64,000 bases of DNA from Candidatus Eiseniibacteriota bacterium (GTDB taxonomy: Bacteria > Joyebacterota > Joyebacteria > Joyebacterales > Joyebacteraceae), in assembly GCA_043815815.1 (NCBI GenBank), contig JBDRIO010000006.1, positions 24,583-88,582 of the forward strand, written 5' to 3'. The first letter of the stretch is position 1. Each line of letters begins with the position of its first letter. A program made the translations under genes and the position numbers. The notes under the pieces were generated by a model. That model searched no databases and was not told where the DNA came from. It worked only from the letters and a program-made list of their open reading frames with translations. Shown here in pieces: positions 47,448 to 57,111 of the stretch.

Positions 47448-48218
47448 CTAGAGCCTGAGGCACGCCTCCGCGGCGAGCCACAGGAGTTCTTCGCGGACGG
47501 CGCCGCGCTTCTGCCAGTCGCGCTGGTCCCACTCCTCGCCGCTCACGTCGTCTCCGCCGTAGAGTATCTGTCCGAACGGGACGCCCCGGAACCTGGCGAC
47601 CGCGAAGAACGCCGCGGCCTCCATCTCGACGGCGATGCACCCTTCGTTGCGTCGGCGCTCGACCTTCTCACGCGTCTCCCTGTAGATGGCGTCGGTCGTC
47701 CACGTCTTGCCCTCGAGGTAGGTGACACCTCGCTCCTCGAGCACGGCCACGATGGCGGCGAGCGCCTCGGGCGCCGGTTCGACCTCGCGGCCGGGCGGAA
47801 GGTAGTGGTACGAGGTCCCCTCGTCACGGACGGCGGAGGTGGGCACGATGACGTGACCTACGTGTATGTCGGGGAGGAGGACACCCGCGCCCCCGCAAGC
47901 CACGAACTTCCGCGCGCCCAGGCAGATGACCTCCTCGAGCATGGCGGCTCCGAACGGCGCCGTCAGACCGGGCTGAAATACGGCGAGCCTACGCCCGTCG
48001 ACGTCCAGCTCATAGAGCGGATGGCGCCCCATCTCGGACCCCATCGCCGCGATCTCAGTGAGCCTGCCCTGCTTCACGAGCCCGTCGATCACGTCCTGAA
48101 AGAAGCAGAGCACGCAGTGCTCCGGAGTGTCGACCGGCCGGATGTGGTCGGAAGGCTCGATGACCGCCCTGGGGGACGGGTCGTATTCGAGGATGGGGAG
48201 GGTGGGCTCGCGCTTCAT
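47448..48218 (-). CDS. Nucleoside phosphorylase (PNP/UDP family 1, uridine phosphorylase-like)
   Basis: ATG 48218 lies within track ORF 47448..48248. FVACGGAGVL, VRDEGTSYHY, AVEMEAAAFFAVA. Confidence 0.85.
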   Translation of the reverse strand: MKREPTLPILEYDPSPRAVIEPSDHIRPVDTPEHCVLCFFQDVIDGLVKQGRLTEIAAMGSEMGRHPLYELDVDGRRLAVFQPGLTAPFGAAMLEEVICLGARKFVACGGAGVLLPDIHVGHVIVPTSAVRDEGTSYHYLPPGREVEPAPEALAAIVAVLEERGVTYLEGKTWTTDAIYRETREKVERRRNEGCIAVEMEAAAFFAVARFRGVPFGQILYGGDDVSGEEWDQRDWQKRGAVREELLWLAAEACLRL

Positions 48219-48350
48219 GGCTGCTCCCGCCGGCGAGTTCCCGCGCAACGGTCGAGTGAACGTAGACTATACTGGACGGTAGCACGACTGAGTCACGGCC
48301 GCAACCGCGGCAGGTGTTCTGGAGTCTCACGTGTGCATGTGGTTAACTCG

Positions 48351-48905
48351 ATGCGGGCGCGAAGGCCGCCGGGGTCCGGCGGCCGGACGCTGTTCCGGCC
48401 CCGCACGTGTCATGACGGAGGACGAGCCATCGCCGATCTGCACGACATATCCCGTGGCCGCGTCGTCGTGCTGGGCGTCGGTAACGCGCTCAGGGCGGAC
48501 GACGGCGCAGGGCCTGCCGTCGCTGAGCTCCTGCGGCCGAGGTTCCCCGACCGCGTGTTCGACGGGGGGCAGGCTCCCGAGAACTTCACGGGGCCCATGA
48601 GGCGGGCCGATCCGGACACGGTGCTCATAGTCGACGCGGCCGACTTCGGCGGCGAGGCGGGGGAGATTCGAGTGGCCGACGCGGACGACGTGGGCGGGCT
48701 CATGACGGGCACGCACGCGCCCCCGCTCTCGATGTTCATGCGGCTCCTGTCAGAGGACACCGGCGCGAACGTGTACCTCTTGGCGATACAGGTCGAATCG
48801 ATGGAACTCGGCGGCGCGATGAGCCCTCGGGTCAGAGAGGCCGTGGAGGGCCTGTCGTCTGAGATGGCATCACTTCTGGAGGGCGGTGACCCCAGGGTGG
48901 AGTGA
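48351..48905 (+). CDS. [NiFe]-hydrogenase maturation endopeptidase (HycI/HybD family)
   Basis: This is the 3' part of track ORF 47067..48905. VVVLGVGNALRADDGAG, VLIVDAADFGGEAGEI, GTHAPPL. The start is uncertain: ATG 48351 gives an unusually long N-terminus, and GTG 48468 gives a HycI-like MLGVGN. Confidence 0.8.
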   Translation: MRARRPPGSGGRTLFRPRTCHDGGRAIADLHDISRGRVVVLGVGNALRADDGAGPAVAELLRPRFPDRVFDGGQAPENFTGPMRRADPDTVLIVDAADFGGEAGEIRVADADDVGGLMTGTHAPPLSMFMRLLSEDTGANVYLLAIQVESMELGGAMSPRVREAVEGLSSEMASLLEGGDPRVE

Positions 48906-48939
48906 CCCCGGAGGGAAGCGGCCCTGGAGGAACCAGCAC

Positions 48940-49449
48940 ATGAACACGCTCGAGATGCGCACGCCCGCGACCACGTTCAGGAGCGGCATGCTTGTATCGG
49001 CGCTCCTCGTTCTCGTCGTCCTCACGACCTCCTGCGCCACGGTCGCGCCCCCGAAGGTCGTCCTCAACTCGGTTGACATCGACGGCATCTCGACGGACGG
49101 GATAGAGCTCCGGCTGTTCGTCGACGTGACGAACCCGAACGGCTTCGGCGCCGACATCGGGAGGCTCGCGTATCGTGTGGAGGTCGACGACACCGAGATA
49201 GCCAACGGCGTGCGCACGAGCGAGATCCACATCCCGTCCGGAGAGACGGTAGAGGTCGAGGTCCCGTTCACGGTGACCTGGATGGGGCTCGGCAAGGGCA
49301 TCGAGGAGTATCTCGACGGGCGCGAGCACCTCTGGAAGCTGTCCGGGAGCGTACAGGTGAGCAAGGGCGCCCTGTCGAAGACGTTCGACTTCTCCGAGTC
49401 GGGCGAGTTCCAGGGCCCGGACGCCAAGCGGGTGGAGATGGACTTCTAG
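48940..49449 (+). CDS. LEA_2 (LEA14/NDR1-like) domain lipoprotein
   Basis: ATG 48940 follows GGAGG. Lipobox-like VLTTSC. PKVVLNSVDIDGISTDGIELRLFVDVTNPNGFGADIGRLAYRVEVDD. Confidence 0.7.
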   Translation: MNTLEMRTPATTFRSGMLVSALLVLVVLTTSCATVAPPKVVLNSVDIDGISTDGIELRLFVDVTNPNGFGADIGRLAYRVEVDDTEIANGVRTSEIHIPSGETVEVEVPFTVTWMGLGKGIEEYLDGREHLWKLSGSVQVSKGALSKTFDFSESGEFQGPDAKRVEMDF

Positions 49450-49522
49450 CCGATCTCCGCGACGCGCCGGGAACGATCGAGGGCTCAACGCGGGCACGGC
49501 CGCGCGCCGCGACACCGCACCG

Positions 49523-50806
49523 CTGGAGGACATCATCAAGAAGACGCACACACCCAAGGATGAACGCGCGATCCTGGTCGGGGTCAGTCTGCCCGACTCA
49601 ACGGTCGAGGACGAGCACGAGTCTCTGGACGAGCTGGCGCAGCTCGCCAGGACGGCGGGCGCCGTGGTTCTCGACCGCTTCGTTCAGAACAGGACCCGCA
49701 TCGACGGGAAGACGTACGTCGGCAGCGGGATGATCGAGCGCATCACGAACGCGTCGTCCATACACGACGCCAACCTCCTTGTGTTCGACGACGACCTGAG
49801 GCCGGCGCAGGCTCGCGAGATCGAGGACGCGACGGGCATCAAGGTCATCGACCGCACCGAGCTCATCCTCGACATCTTCGCGCGACGGGCCCAGACGAAG
49901 GTCGCGCGCGCCCAGGTCGAGCTGGCGCAGTGCGAGTACGAGCTGCCCAGGCTGCGACGGCTGTGGAACCACCTCGAGCGGCTGGGAGGCGGGATCGGAA
50001 CGCGAGGGCCGGGCGAAACGCAGCTCGAGAGCGACCGCCGGGCGGTCCGGGAGCGCATCCGCATCCTCAAGAAAGTGTTGAAGGGGGTGGAGGTGGACCG
50101 GGCGGAACAGCGGAAGCGCCGGAGCGGAGCGACGCGCGTGGCGCTCGTGGGGTACACGAACGCCGGGAAGTCGACGCTCATGAACGCGCTGACCGACGCG
50201 GGCGTCCTCACGGAGGACCTGCTCTTCGCCACGCTCGATGCGACCACGCGCCGCGTCGAGCTGCCCGAAGGACACGAGGCGCTCCTGACGGACACGGTGG
50301 GGCTCATCAAGAAGCTTCCCCATCATCTCGTCGTGAGCTTCCACGCCACGCTCGACGAGGTGGCGGAGGCGGACCTCCTGCTGCACGTGGTGGACTCGTC
50401 GCGCCAGCACTGCGAGCGCTATCTGGGGCTGGCGAACGGCGTGCTGGACGAGATAGGAGCAGGCGACATCGCGACGAGGATCATCTTCAACAAGATCGAC
50501 CGCGTCTCGGACGGGGCCGAACTGGACCATCTGGACAGAGGCTATCCGGGCGCCATATTCACGAGCGCCACGGACGGTCGGGGGCTCGACGAGATCAGGC
50601 GCGCGATGTGCGCCTTCATCGAGAGTGGGGAAGAGGTCGTGGATCTGGCCGTTCCCGTCGCCGACGGTAGGACGATCTCGCTCGTCCACGCGCGCGGGGA
50701 GGTCCTGTCCCAGACGAACGGCGACGAGTTCATCGAGATGAAGGTGCGGATGCCGAAGGCCGAGGCGGCCAGGCTTCGCAAGCTCGGATTCGGCGCCGAG
50801 TCGTGA
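49523..50806 (+). CDS. hflX: GTPase HflX; the 5' end is unresolved (the conserved N-terminal domain extends upstream of the first canonical start, GTG 49664)
   Basis: G1 GYTNAGKST, G3 DTVG, NKID. In-frame upstream codons encode ERAILVGV...ESLDELAQLARTAGA, which belongs to the HflX N-domain. Only CTG 49523 or ATC 49532/49535 (next to GGAGGA 49525-49530) are available as starts. Confidence 0.85.
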   Translation: MEDIIKKTHTPKDERAILVGVSLPDSTVEDEHESLDELAQLARTAGAVVLDRFVQNRTRIDGKTYVGSGMIERITNASSIHDANLLVFDDDLRPAQAREIEDATGIKVIDRTELILDIFARRAQTKVARAQVELAQCEYELPRLRRLWNHLERLGGGIGTRGPGETQLESDRRAVRERIRILKKVLKGVEVDRAEQRKRRSGATRVALVGYTNAGKSTLMNALTDAGVLTEDLLFATLDATTRRVELPEGHEALLTDTVGLIKKLPHHLVVSFHATLDEVAEADLLLHVVDSSRQHCERYLGLANGVLDEIGAGDIATRIIFNKIDRVSDGAELDHLDRGYPGAIFTSATDGRGLDEIRRAMCAFIESGEEVVDLAVPVADGRTISLVHARGEVLSQTNGDEFIEMKVRMPKAEAARLRKLGFGAES

Positions 50807-50879
50807 TCGACCCGGCGCCTCCTCCGTCCGTCGTCCTCACGCTGCCGTCGCGCCGCTCGCGGCCCAGGCTCCCACGCTG

Positions 50880-52436
50880 CTAGCGCATCACCATGAACTT
50901 GGCCGTTGCAGTCCCGCCGGCCGTTGTCAGTCGTACGAAGTACACGCCGGTCGGTAGTGACTCGAGTCCATCGTTCCAGTCGACGTGGTGCTCGCCGGCC
51001 GCCAGCTCCCGGTCCAGAACGACGGAAGCGAGGCGGCCCGTGACATCGTACACGTGCACCGTGGCGCGTCCCGGCTCCGCCATGTGGAATGAGACCCTGG
51101 TCGCGATCGACGCGGGGTTCGGAGCGAGCGAGAGGACGACTACTCCCTCCTCGGTCGCGTCGCCGGACGCCGTCCTGGGGAGCGCCGGGCCGGGCCGCTT
51201 CGGAAGTGGCCCCGCTACTCCACTCCAGAGCCTGCTCCGGTGGCGAACCACGGCGCGGGCGGCGCTGTCCACGAGGCCATCGAGCTTGTCCCCGCACACG
51301 AACGCGACCTCGAAGAAGAGCGTCTCACCCGGCGACAGGCTGCCGAACGGTCCCAAGGAAACGGAGTACCGCCAATCGCTCGGTTCCAGACCGTCGCCCT
51401 GGATCAGCGGCTGGGACAGAAGACGGTATCGGTCGCGGTCGTGGACGGGGTCGTCGGGCCCGCCGGCCCAACGGCGGAACGCCCGAGGCGACGGAGACGG
51501 CCCTCCGGTGTCACTGTGGTCCAGGAGAACGACACCGAACCAACCGTTCCAGTCGCCGTCTTCGCCCCCGAGCGCGTCGTGGGCGTAGGCCATGATGACC
51601 CTGACGGGCTCGGTGGTGGGAAGCGTCGAGACGGTGGTGTCCGTGAACCCGACAAGGTCGTCCATGAAGTAGTACACGTCTCCCGCTGTGGCGCCGACGT
51701 CTGGGTCCACGAGCAGTCCGACGTATGTGTCGTCCATTGCCGACGGACCGATGTTCGTCACCTCGTAGCGTGTCCCGACGAAGTCCCCGGCGCTGTCGTC
51801 GCCCCACGCAAACGACTGAACGTAGAGCTCGACTCCCATCGGCGTGTGGGGGTCCATCGGATTGGGGTTGGGATTGGGGACCGTGTCCAGAGACACGTAG
51901 GCGAACATCTCGTCGGAGATGGCAGCGAAGTCCTCGTCCGTGAGGAGGTCGCCGTCGTTGTCGAATCCGTCGAGCCGGTCCTCATCCACGTAGCCGTCGC
52001 CGTCGTCATCGACGTTCCTGGCACCCCCGGGCGCCCCGACGGAGGCCTCGTAGATCATGAAGATCGGGTCGTCGGTGCGCGGGTAGAATTCCATATTGTA
52101 GACCGAGGTCGAGACGAGGGTGTCACCCCCGGAGACGGCTCCGACCCAGATCCCCGCGACGTAGAGATGCTCGTGCCCGCTGTCGCCGGGCCACGACGCC
52201 GAGGCTTCGCTCGCGATGCCGAAGGTACCGAAGAACCCGAGATTGGACGTGTGCAACCAGAGCCGTCCTGCGTCGTGCCACCATCCGTAGAAGTCGATGT
52301 CCCTCTGAACGCGCGGCGGCGCGGCTCCCTGGTCTGCCGCCTGGGCGGGGAGCGCGAGCGCGAACGCCAGCGCGAACGCCAGCGCTAACGCGATGCCTGC
52401 CAGGCACGGCCGTCCATTGAGGCTTGCGGTCAGCAT
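50880..52436 (-). CDS. Secreted protein with an Asp-rich calcium-binding-like segment and a T9SS C-terminal sorting domain
   Basis: ATG 52436 lies within track ORF 50880..52538. Signal LAGIALALAFALAFALALPAQA. DDDGDGYVDEDRLDGFDNDGD. C-terminal domain HVYDVTGRLASVV..GVYFVRLTTAGGTATAKFMVMR. Confidence 0.65.
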   Translation of the reverse strand: MLTASLNGRPCLAGIALALAFALAFALALPAQAADQGAAPPRVQRDIDFYGWWHDAGRLWLHTSNLGFFGTFGIASEASASWPGDSGHEHLYVAGIWVGAVSGGDTLVSTSVYNMEFYPRTDDPIFMIYEASVGAPGGARNVDDDGDGYVDEDRLDGFDNDGDLLTDEDFAAISDEMFAYVSLDTVPNPNPNPMDPHTPMGVELYVQSFAWGDDSAGDFVGTRYEVTNIGPSAMDDTYVGLLVDPDVGATAGDVYYFMDDLVGFTDTTVSTLPTTEPVRVIMAYAHDALGGEDGDWNGWFGVVLLDHSDTGGPSPSPRAFRRWAGGPDDPVHDRDRYRLLSQPLIQGDGLEPSDWRYSVSLGPFGSLSPGETLFFEVAFVCGDKLDGLVDSAARAVVRHRSRLWSGVAGPLPKRPGPALPRTASGDATEEGVVVLSLAPNPASIATRVSFHMAEPGRATVHVYDVTGRLASVVLDRELAAGEHHVDWNDGLESLPTGVYFVRLTTAGGTATAKFMVMR

Positions 52437-52736
52437 GACCTGTCCTTTCAGGGGGGTGTGGGCCCGGGGGGCCGTCTCTTGTGATGGGAGGTCGGGGCGC
52501 GGATGGCGGCGTTTGCCCCACGACCCTATTATGGGCACTGATTGCTTTAGGTAGTCAAGTCGTTTTTAGTGGACGCTCCGCCGTCGCCTCGCCCTCGGCG
52601 GCTCACCGCTCGTGAGCTTTACACAGGTCGCCGCCGGTGTTATCCTTCAGTGCTCGAATGGCCCTGTAAATGGGCCTTTTTGATGTGTTCCCGGCAAGAG
52701 ACAGAGGGTCCCCAGGCGAACGGAGGGGAGTGGCAG

Positions 52737-54980
52737 ATGGCGATACTGAACTCGAAGACCCGCGAGGTCCGGAGGGCGTACACGGTCGAGCAGCTCAAGG
52801 AAGCCGCGAACCAGATGCGCGGGTACGACATGATCGCGCTGAACGCGGCGGGATCCGGTCACTCCGGCGGAACGCTGTCCATCATGGACATCACGGCCGC
52901 TCTCTACCTTCACGTCGCCGACCACGACCCGAAGGACCCGGAGTGGAAGGACCGCGACCGCATCATCTGGTCGGTGGGACACAAGGCGCCCTCGCTCTAC
53001 ATCGGCCTCGGCATGGCCGGATACTTCAACGTCGAAGATACGGTTCGCCTCCGCAAGCTCTACGCGCCGTACCAGGGCCACCCGCACTGGGAGAAGCTCC
53101 CCGGCGTCGAGGCGTCGACCGGGTCCCTGGGTCAGGGGCTCTCCATCGCAGTGGGCATGGCGCTGGCGGCTCATCTCAACAAGCAGGACCACCGCATCTA
53201 CTGCCTGATGGGCGACGGCGAGCAGCAGGAGGGGCAGGTCTGGGAGGCCGTGATGGAGGCGGGCCACTTCGGTCTCGACAACATCTGCGCCGTCATCGAC
53301 CGCAACCGACTGCAGATCGACGGGTGGTGCTGCGAGGTGATGAACGTGGAGCCGCTCGAGGAGAAGTACCGCTCGTTCCACTGGCACGTCATCGAGTGCG
53401 ACGGCCACGACATGAACGAGCTCCTGGCCGCGTTCGAGGAAGCGAAGACGGTCAAGGGCAAGCCGACCGTCATCCTGGCCGCGACGATCAAGGGCAAGGG
53501 CGTCGACTTCATGGAGGACGTCGCCGGGTGGCATGGGAAGACGCCGAACACCGAGCAGATGTGGGACGCATTGAAGCAGTTCGGTCTCGACAAGGAGCTT
53601 CCCGTCAAGCGGATGCAGAAGATCGCAGACGACTGGCAGAAGAAGGCCACGAAGGAACTGGAGGCCAAACAGCCGAAGTTCTCGAAGAACTACTTCTGGA
53701 ACGAGACGAAGAACATGAAGGTCGACATGGACCCGACGAGGAAGGGGTTCGGCCGCGCGCTCGCACAGAGGGGAGGCGACAAGCGCGTCGTCTGCCTGGG
53801 CGCCGACATCTCAGGGTCCATCACCATCAGCCAGTTCTACGACGGCCATCCCGAGCGGGAGGATCGCTGGTTCTCCATAGGCATCGCGGAGCAGTCGGCC
53901 ACGGGCGTCTGCGCGGGGCTGGCGAGGGAGGGCAAACTCCCGGTCTTCGGGACGTACGGCGTGTTCGCGTCTGGCAGGAACCTGGACCAGATACGGACGA
54001 CCGTGTGCTACGGCGATTTCAACGTGTTCATCGCGGGCGCGCACGGCGGCGTCTCGGTCGGCCCCGACGGCGCCACGCACCAGGCGCTCGAAGAGCTGTT
54101 CCAGATGTGCGGACTTCCCAACATGCATGTGGAGGTCCCCTGTGATGCCGTCGAGACGAAGCGGGCGTCGGAACATCTCCTCTTCAAGGTGAAGGGTCCG
54201 AAGTACGTGCGCTTCGCGCGCGAAGCGACGCCGGTCATCACCGACGAGAAGACGCCGTACGTCTACGGCAAGGCGAACGTCATCCGGTTCCGGGGCGCCG
54301 GGCCCAGGTTCAAGGACGCGTTCGAGCACACGCTCGCCTCGAAGTACAAGAACGAGAATGAGGACATCGCCATCATCGCGTGCGGTCCCTCGGTCCCCGA
54401 GGCCATGCGCGCGGCCTGGATCCTGAAGGCCGAGTACGGCATCGAGTCGCGGGTCCTGAACGTGCACAGCGTGAAGCCCCTTGACCGCGCGGCCATCGTG
54501 AGGGCGGCGGCGGAGACGGGTCTCGTCGTAACGGCGGAGGAGCATCAGACGGGCGGGTTCGGCAACCAGGTGGCCGGAGCCATCACGCGCTCGGAGAAGA
54601 TCGTCGGTCGTCCGGTCTCGGTCGGCATGGTCGGGGTGCACGACCGCTTCGGCGAGTCGGGGGCGCCCTGGGAGCTCGTGAAGGAGTTCGAGGTCTCCGC
54701 GGAGCACATCGCCGCCGAGGCGAAGCGGCTGTACGACCTGAAGGTCGCCAGGACCCCCAAGGCGAGGGCGGCGAAGCCCGCGCCCGCCAAGAAGGCCAGG
54801 AAGAAGGCGGCCAGGAAGACCGTGAAGAAGGCGACACGGAAGACGGGCCGGAAGACGACGCCCAGGAAGAAGGCCGCGAAGAAGGTCACCGGAAAGAAGC
54901 CGAAGAAGGCCGTCCGGAAGACCGCCAAGCGAAAGACCGTGAAGAAGGCGGCGCGCAAGAAGACGGCGAAGAAGCGCTAG
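52737..54980 (+). CDS. tkt: Transketolase (N- and C-terminal halves fused) with a Lys/Ala-rich C-terminal tail of about 80 aa
   Basis: ATG 52737 follows GGAGGGGA. GSGHSGGTLSIMDITAALY, GSLGQGLSIAVGMA, CLMGDGEQQEG, and the pyrimidine-binding half GIAEQSATGVCAGLA. The tail runs KVARTPKARAAKPAPAKKARKKAARK...KKTAKKR. Confidence 0.92.
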   Translation: MAILNSKTREVRRAYTVEQLKEAANQMRGYDMIALNAAGSGHSGGTLSIMDITAALYLHVADHDPKDPEWKDRDRIIWSVGHKAPSLYIGLGMAGYFNVEDTVRLRKLYAPYQGHPHWEKLPGVEASTGSLGQGLSIAVGMALAAHLNKQDHRIYCLMGDGEQQEGQVWEAVMEAGHFGLDNICAVIDRNRLQIDGWCCEVMNVEPLEEKYRSFHWHVIECDGHDMNELLAAFEEAKTVKGKPTVILAATIKGKGVDFMEDVAGWHGKTPNTEQMWDALKQFGLDKELPVKRMQKIADDWQKKATKELEAKQPKFSKNYFWNETKNMKVDMDPTRKGFGRALAQRGGDKRVVCLGADISGSITISQFYDGHPEREDRWFSIGIAEQSATGVCAGLAREGKLPVFGTYGVFASGRNLDQIRTTVCYGDFNVFIAGAHGGVSVGPDGATHQALEELFQMCGLPNMHVEVPCDAVETKRASEHLLFKVKGPKYVRFAREATPVITDEKTPYVYGKANVIRFRGAGPRFKDAFEHTLASKYKNENEDIAIIACGPSVPEAMRAAWILKAEYGIESRVLNVHSVKPLDRAAIVRAAAETGLVVTAEEHQTGGFGNQVAGAITRSEKIVGRPVSVGMVGVHDRFGESGAPWELVKEFEVSAEHIAAEAKRLYDLKVARTPKARAAKPAPAKKARKKAARKTVKKATRKTGRKTTPRKKAAKKVTGKKPKKAVRKTAKRKTVKKAARKKTAKKR

Positions 54981-55050
54981 CCCGCACCGCCATCACGTGA
55001 AGAAGAGGGGCCGTCCGAACGGACGACCCCTCTTTCCGCTGTGCCCCTCG

Positions 55051-56565
55051 CTATCGCCCCCGGCGGGACGTCCTGCGGCGCGCCGGCCCGAGGGCGCTCT
55101 TCATCATGACGTCGATCGCGCGCGTGGCTTCCCGGACCTGTCGCTCCTTGCTGAGCTTCAGGGTGATGGCTCCGTAGCGGCCCGCCTTCTCGTCGAACGA
55201 GCTCTCAGGCAGCCTGACGGCGTCCACGTCGAGCTTCGCCTTCCCGTCGAAGATGGGTCCGAACCCGGGTCCGAGCGACAGCGTCAGCGATCTCCGGGCG
55301 AGCCGAACGACGGCGAGGCGCTTGTCACCGAGCCAGAACGACACGGTGTTCTTCGTTGTCCTGACCGAGTCGCCCGCGACGCCGTACCGGTCCATGAAGT
55401 GCATCGCGATGCCGCGAAGGACGCCGCGAAGCGACCACCCCTCGAGCCGGTACTGAACGTTCTCGATGAGGGCGTACGTTTCTCTCGCCGCGTCCGGGAT
55501 GAGGTGGCGCGTCACGAAGTCCCGCACGTTCTCCCTGGACAGGTCCAGCGGGGCACGCTCGGTCAGAAGCTCCGCCAGTCGGTCGGCGGCATCGTCGCTG
55601 TTCGACAGGAGCGTCCTCCAGAGGAGGGAGTCCAGCGTCTCGTCGCCGTCTCCCAAGCCCCTCGCGCCCAGTTCGTACACGACCGCCTCCGCCGCGATCA
55701 CGAGGCCGTATCCGGCTTCGGCGGCCGCGTCGGCGATGGCGCCCTTGGGGAGCATCGCGCTCGAGTCCTTCTGACCGAGGGAGCCCGCTACGCGCAGAAC
55801 GTCTCGCGCGAGCTCCGACCTGGCGTCGTCGTCTCCGTCCAGGAACCCGAGGCAGACCTCTCCGTCGATGTTGCCGATGTCGTAGACGGCGACGCCGCGG
55901 AGCGCCCGGCGGGATCCCGCGACCAGCACGCGGCCCTTTCTCAGGAGAGAGCGGAGGGCCCTCCGGTCGAGCGCGGGGAACTTCCACCCCTTCGCGTAGA
56001 GACCGCCCGTGGCCGCGTAGCAGTCGGACGCTTCGACGTAGCGCAGGACGTCGTCGAGTTCCGATTCGAGGGCGACGCGCCCCGCCTGCTCGCCGGTCTT
56101 CAAGGCAGTCCCCCACATCCACTGCGTGCGCGCGACCATCCAGAATCCGCGTATCTCGCCCAGGTGCCGCGACGCCGCGTTCCCCGCGCCGGTGGAGTAT
56201 CTGATCGTCCTGGGGTTGAGCTTCAAGGCCTCGCGGAAGCTCACGCGGTTGATCTGCTTGACGAGACCCTTGCCGTGGAGGTCGGGGTGGAGCCTCAGAC
56301 CCTCGAGCCACACCTCGCCCGGAGCGAGCACCGAGACCTTGGAGAGCCCGACGGGAGCGCCGTCCAGCGTGGCCGTCAGGAGCACCCCCTCGCTGTCGGC
56401 GAGCCACCGGTCCCACACGAGCGGAAGATAGTCGCTCCCTCCCCATATGCCCTCCGACATCGCGAGGAGAGGCTCGCGGTCGGAGGCGCGCGCTCTTCGG
56501 ACCCCCAGCTTGAGCTGCCGGGCGTTCTCTCCGGTCTTGTGTGACGGCACGTCTCGGGAGGACAT
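55051..56565 (-). CDS. GNAT acetyltransferase-domain protein with a large uncharacterised C-terminal region
   Basis: N-terminal VRRARASDREPLLAMSEGIWGGSDYLPLVWDRW..GLRLHPDLHGKGL. Chosen over the overlapping shadow ORFs on amino-acid composition. Confidence 0.55.
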   Translation of the reverse strand: MSSRDVPSHKTGENARQLKLGVRRARASDREPLLAMSEGIWGGSDYLPLVWDRWLADSEGVLLTATLDGAPVGLSKVSVLAPGEVWLEGLRLHPDLHGKGLVKQINRVSFREALKLNPRTIRYSTGAGNAASRHLGEIRGFWMVARTQWMWGTALKTGEQAGRVALESELDDVLRYVEASDCYAATGGLYAKGWKFPALDRRALRSLLRKGRVLVAGSRRALRGVAVYDIGNIDGEVCLGFLDGDDDARSELARDVLRVAGSLGQKDSSAMLPKGAIADAAAEAGYGLVIAAEAVVYELGARGLGDGDETLDSLLWRTLLSNSDDAADRLAELLTERAPLDLSRENVRDFVTRHLIPDAARETYALIENVQYRLEGWSLRGVLRGIAMHFMDRYGVAGDSVRTTKNTVSFWLGDKRLAVVRLARRSLTLSLGPGFGPIFDGKAKLDVDAVRLPESSFDEKAGRYGAITLKLSKERQVREATRAIDVMMKSALGPARRRTSRRGR

Positions 56566-56649
56566 GTTGCGGGAGAACTCCTGTGGTGTGCCCGGCGAAC
56601 CGCGAGCCCGGCTGCACTCCGTCGCCGGACCGGGACCCGGGCTCCGGCG

Positions 56650-57111
56650 CTAGAGTTCGAGCTCGTCGATGGCCGACACGATCTCGTCGGTGTGCCCGGT
56701 GATGCTCACCTTGGGCCACACGCGGCGGATCTTCCCCTTCTTGTCGATGAGGAAGGTGGCTCGTTCGGCCGTCTTCCCGTTCCCCTTGAGGACCCCGTAC
56801 GCGGTCGACACCTTCTTCTCGGCGTCGGACAGAAGGGGGAAGGGGAGCTCGTTGTTGGCCGCGAACCTCTTGTGCGAATCGACGCTCTGCGTGCTCACGC
56901 CCACGACCGCGGTCCCGTGGTCGTTGAGACGCTTCGCCGCGTCGCGGAACGCGCGAGCCTCGCGCGTGCAGCCCGGCGTGTTGTCCATCGGGTAGAAGTA
57001 GAGCACGAGGTTCTTCTTGCCCTTGTAGTCCTTGAGCGAGACGGTCGAGCCGTCCGTGACCTGGCCCTTGAACGATGGTGCGACGTCTCCGGGCTTGAGG
57101 GTCGTGGGCAT
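56650..57111 (-). CDS. bcp: Thiol peroxidase / peroxiredoxin Bcp
   Basis: ATG 57111 follows AAGGAGG. APSFKGQ..KNLVLYFYPMDNTPGCTREA. Confidence 0.92.
   Translation of the reverse strand: MPTTLKPGDVAPSFKGQVTDGSTVSLKDYKGKKNLVLYFYPMDNTPGCTREARAFRDAAKRLNDHGTAVVGVSTQSVDSHKRFAANNELPFPLLSDAEKKVSTAYGVLKGNGKTAERATFLIDKKGKIRRVWPKVSITGHTDEIVSAIDELEL

Noticed and set aside
47067-48350. The 5' two-thirds of the 612-aa plus-strand ORF 47067..48905
   Set aside because: This part is antisense to the well-supported GNAT and nucleoside phosphorylase genes. Only the 3' part (48351 onward) matches a protein family, the hydrogenase maturation protease.
52437-52736. TPP riboswitch or attenuator in the transketolase leader (small hairpin ggccc-tgtaaat-gggcc followed by ttttt at about 52662-52683)
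   Set aside because: I could not find the conserved TPP-riboswitch elements (CUGAGA / ACCUGAUCUGGAUAAUGCCAGCG-like). The stem is only 5 bp. The evidence is insufficient.
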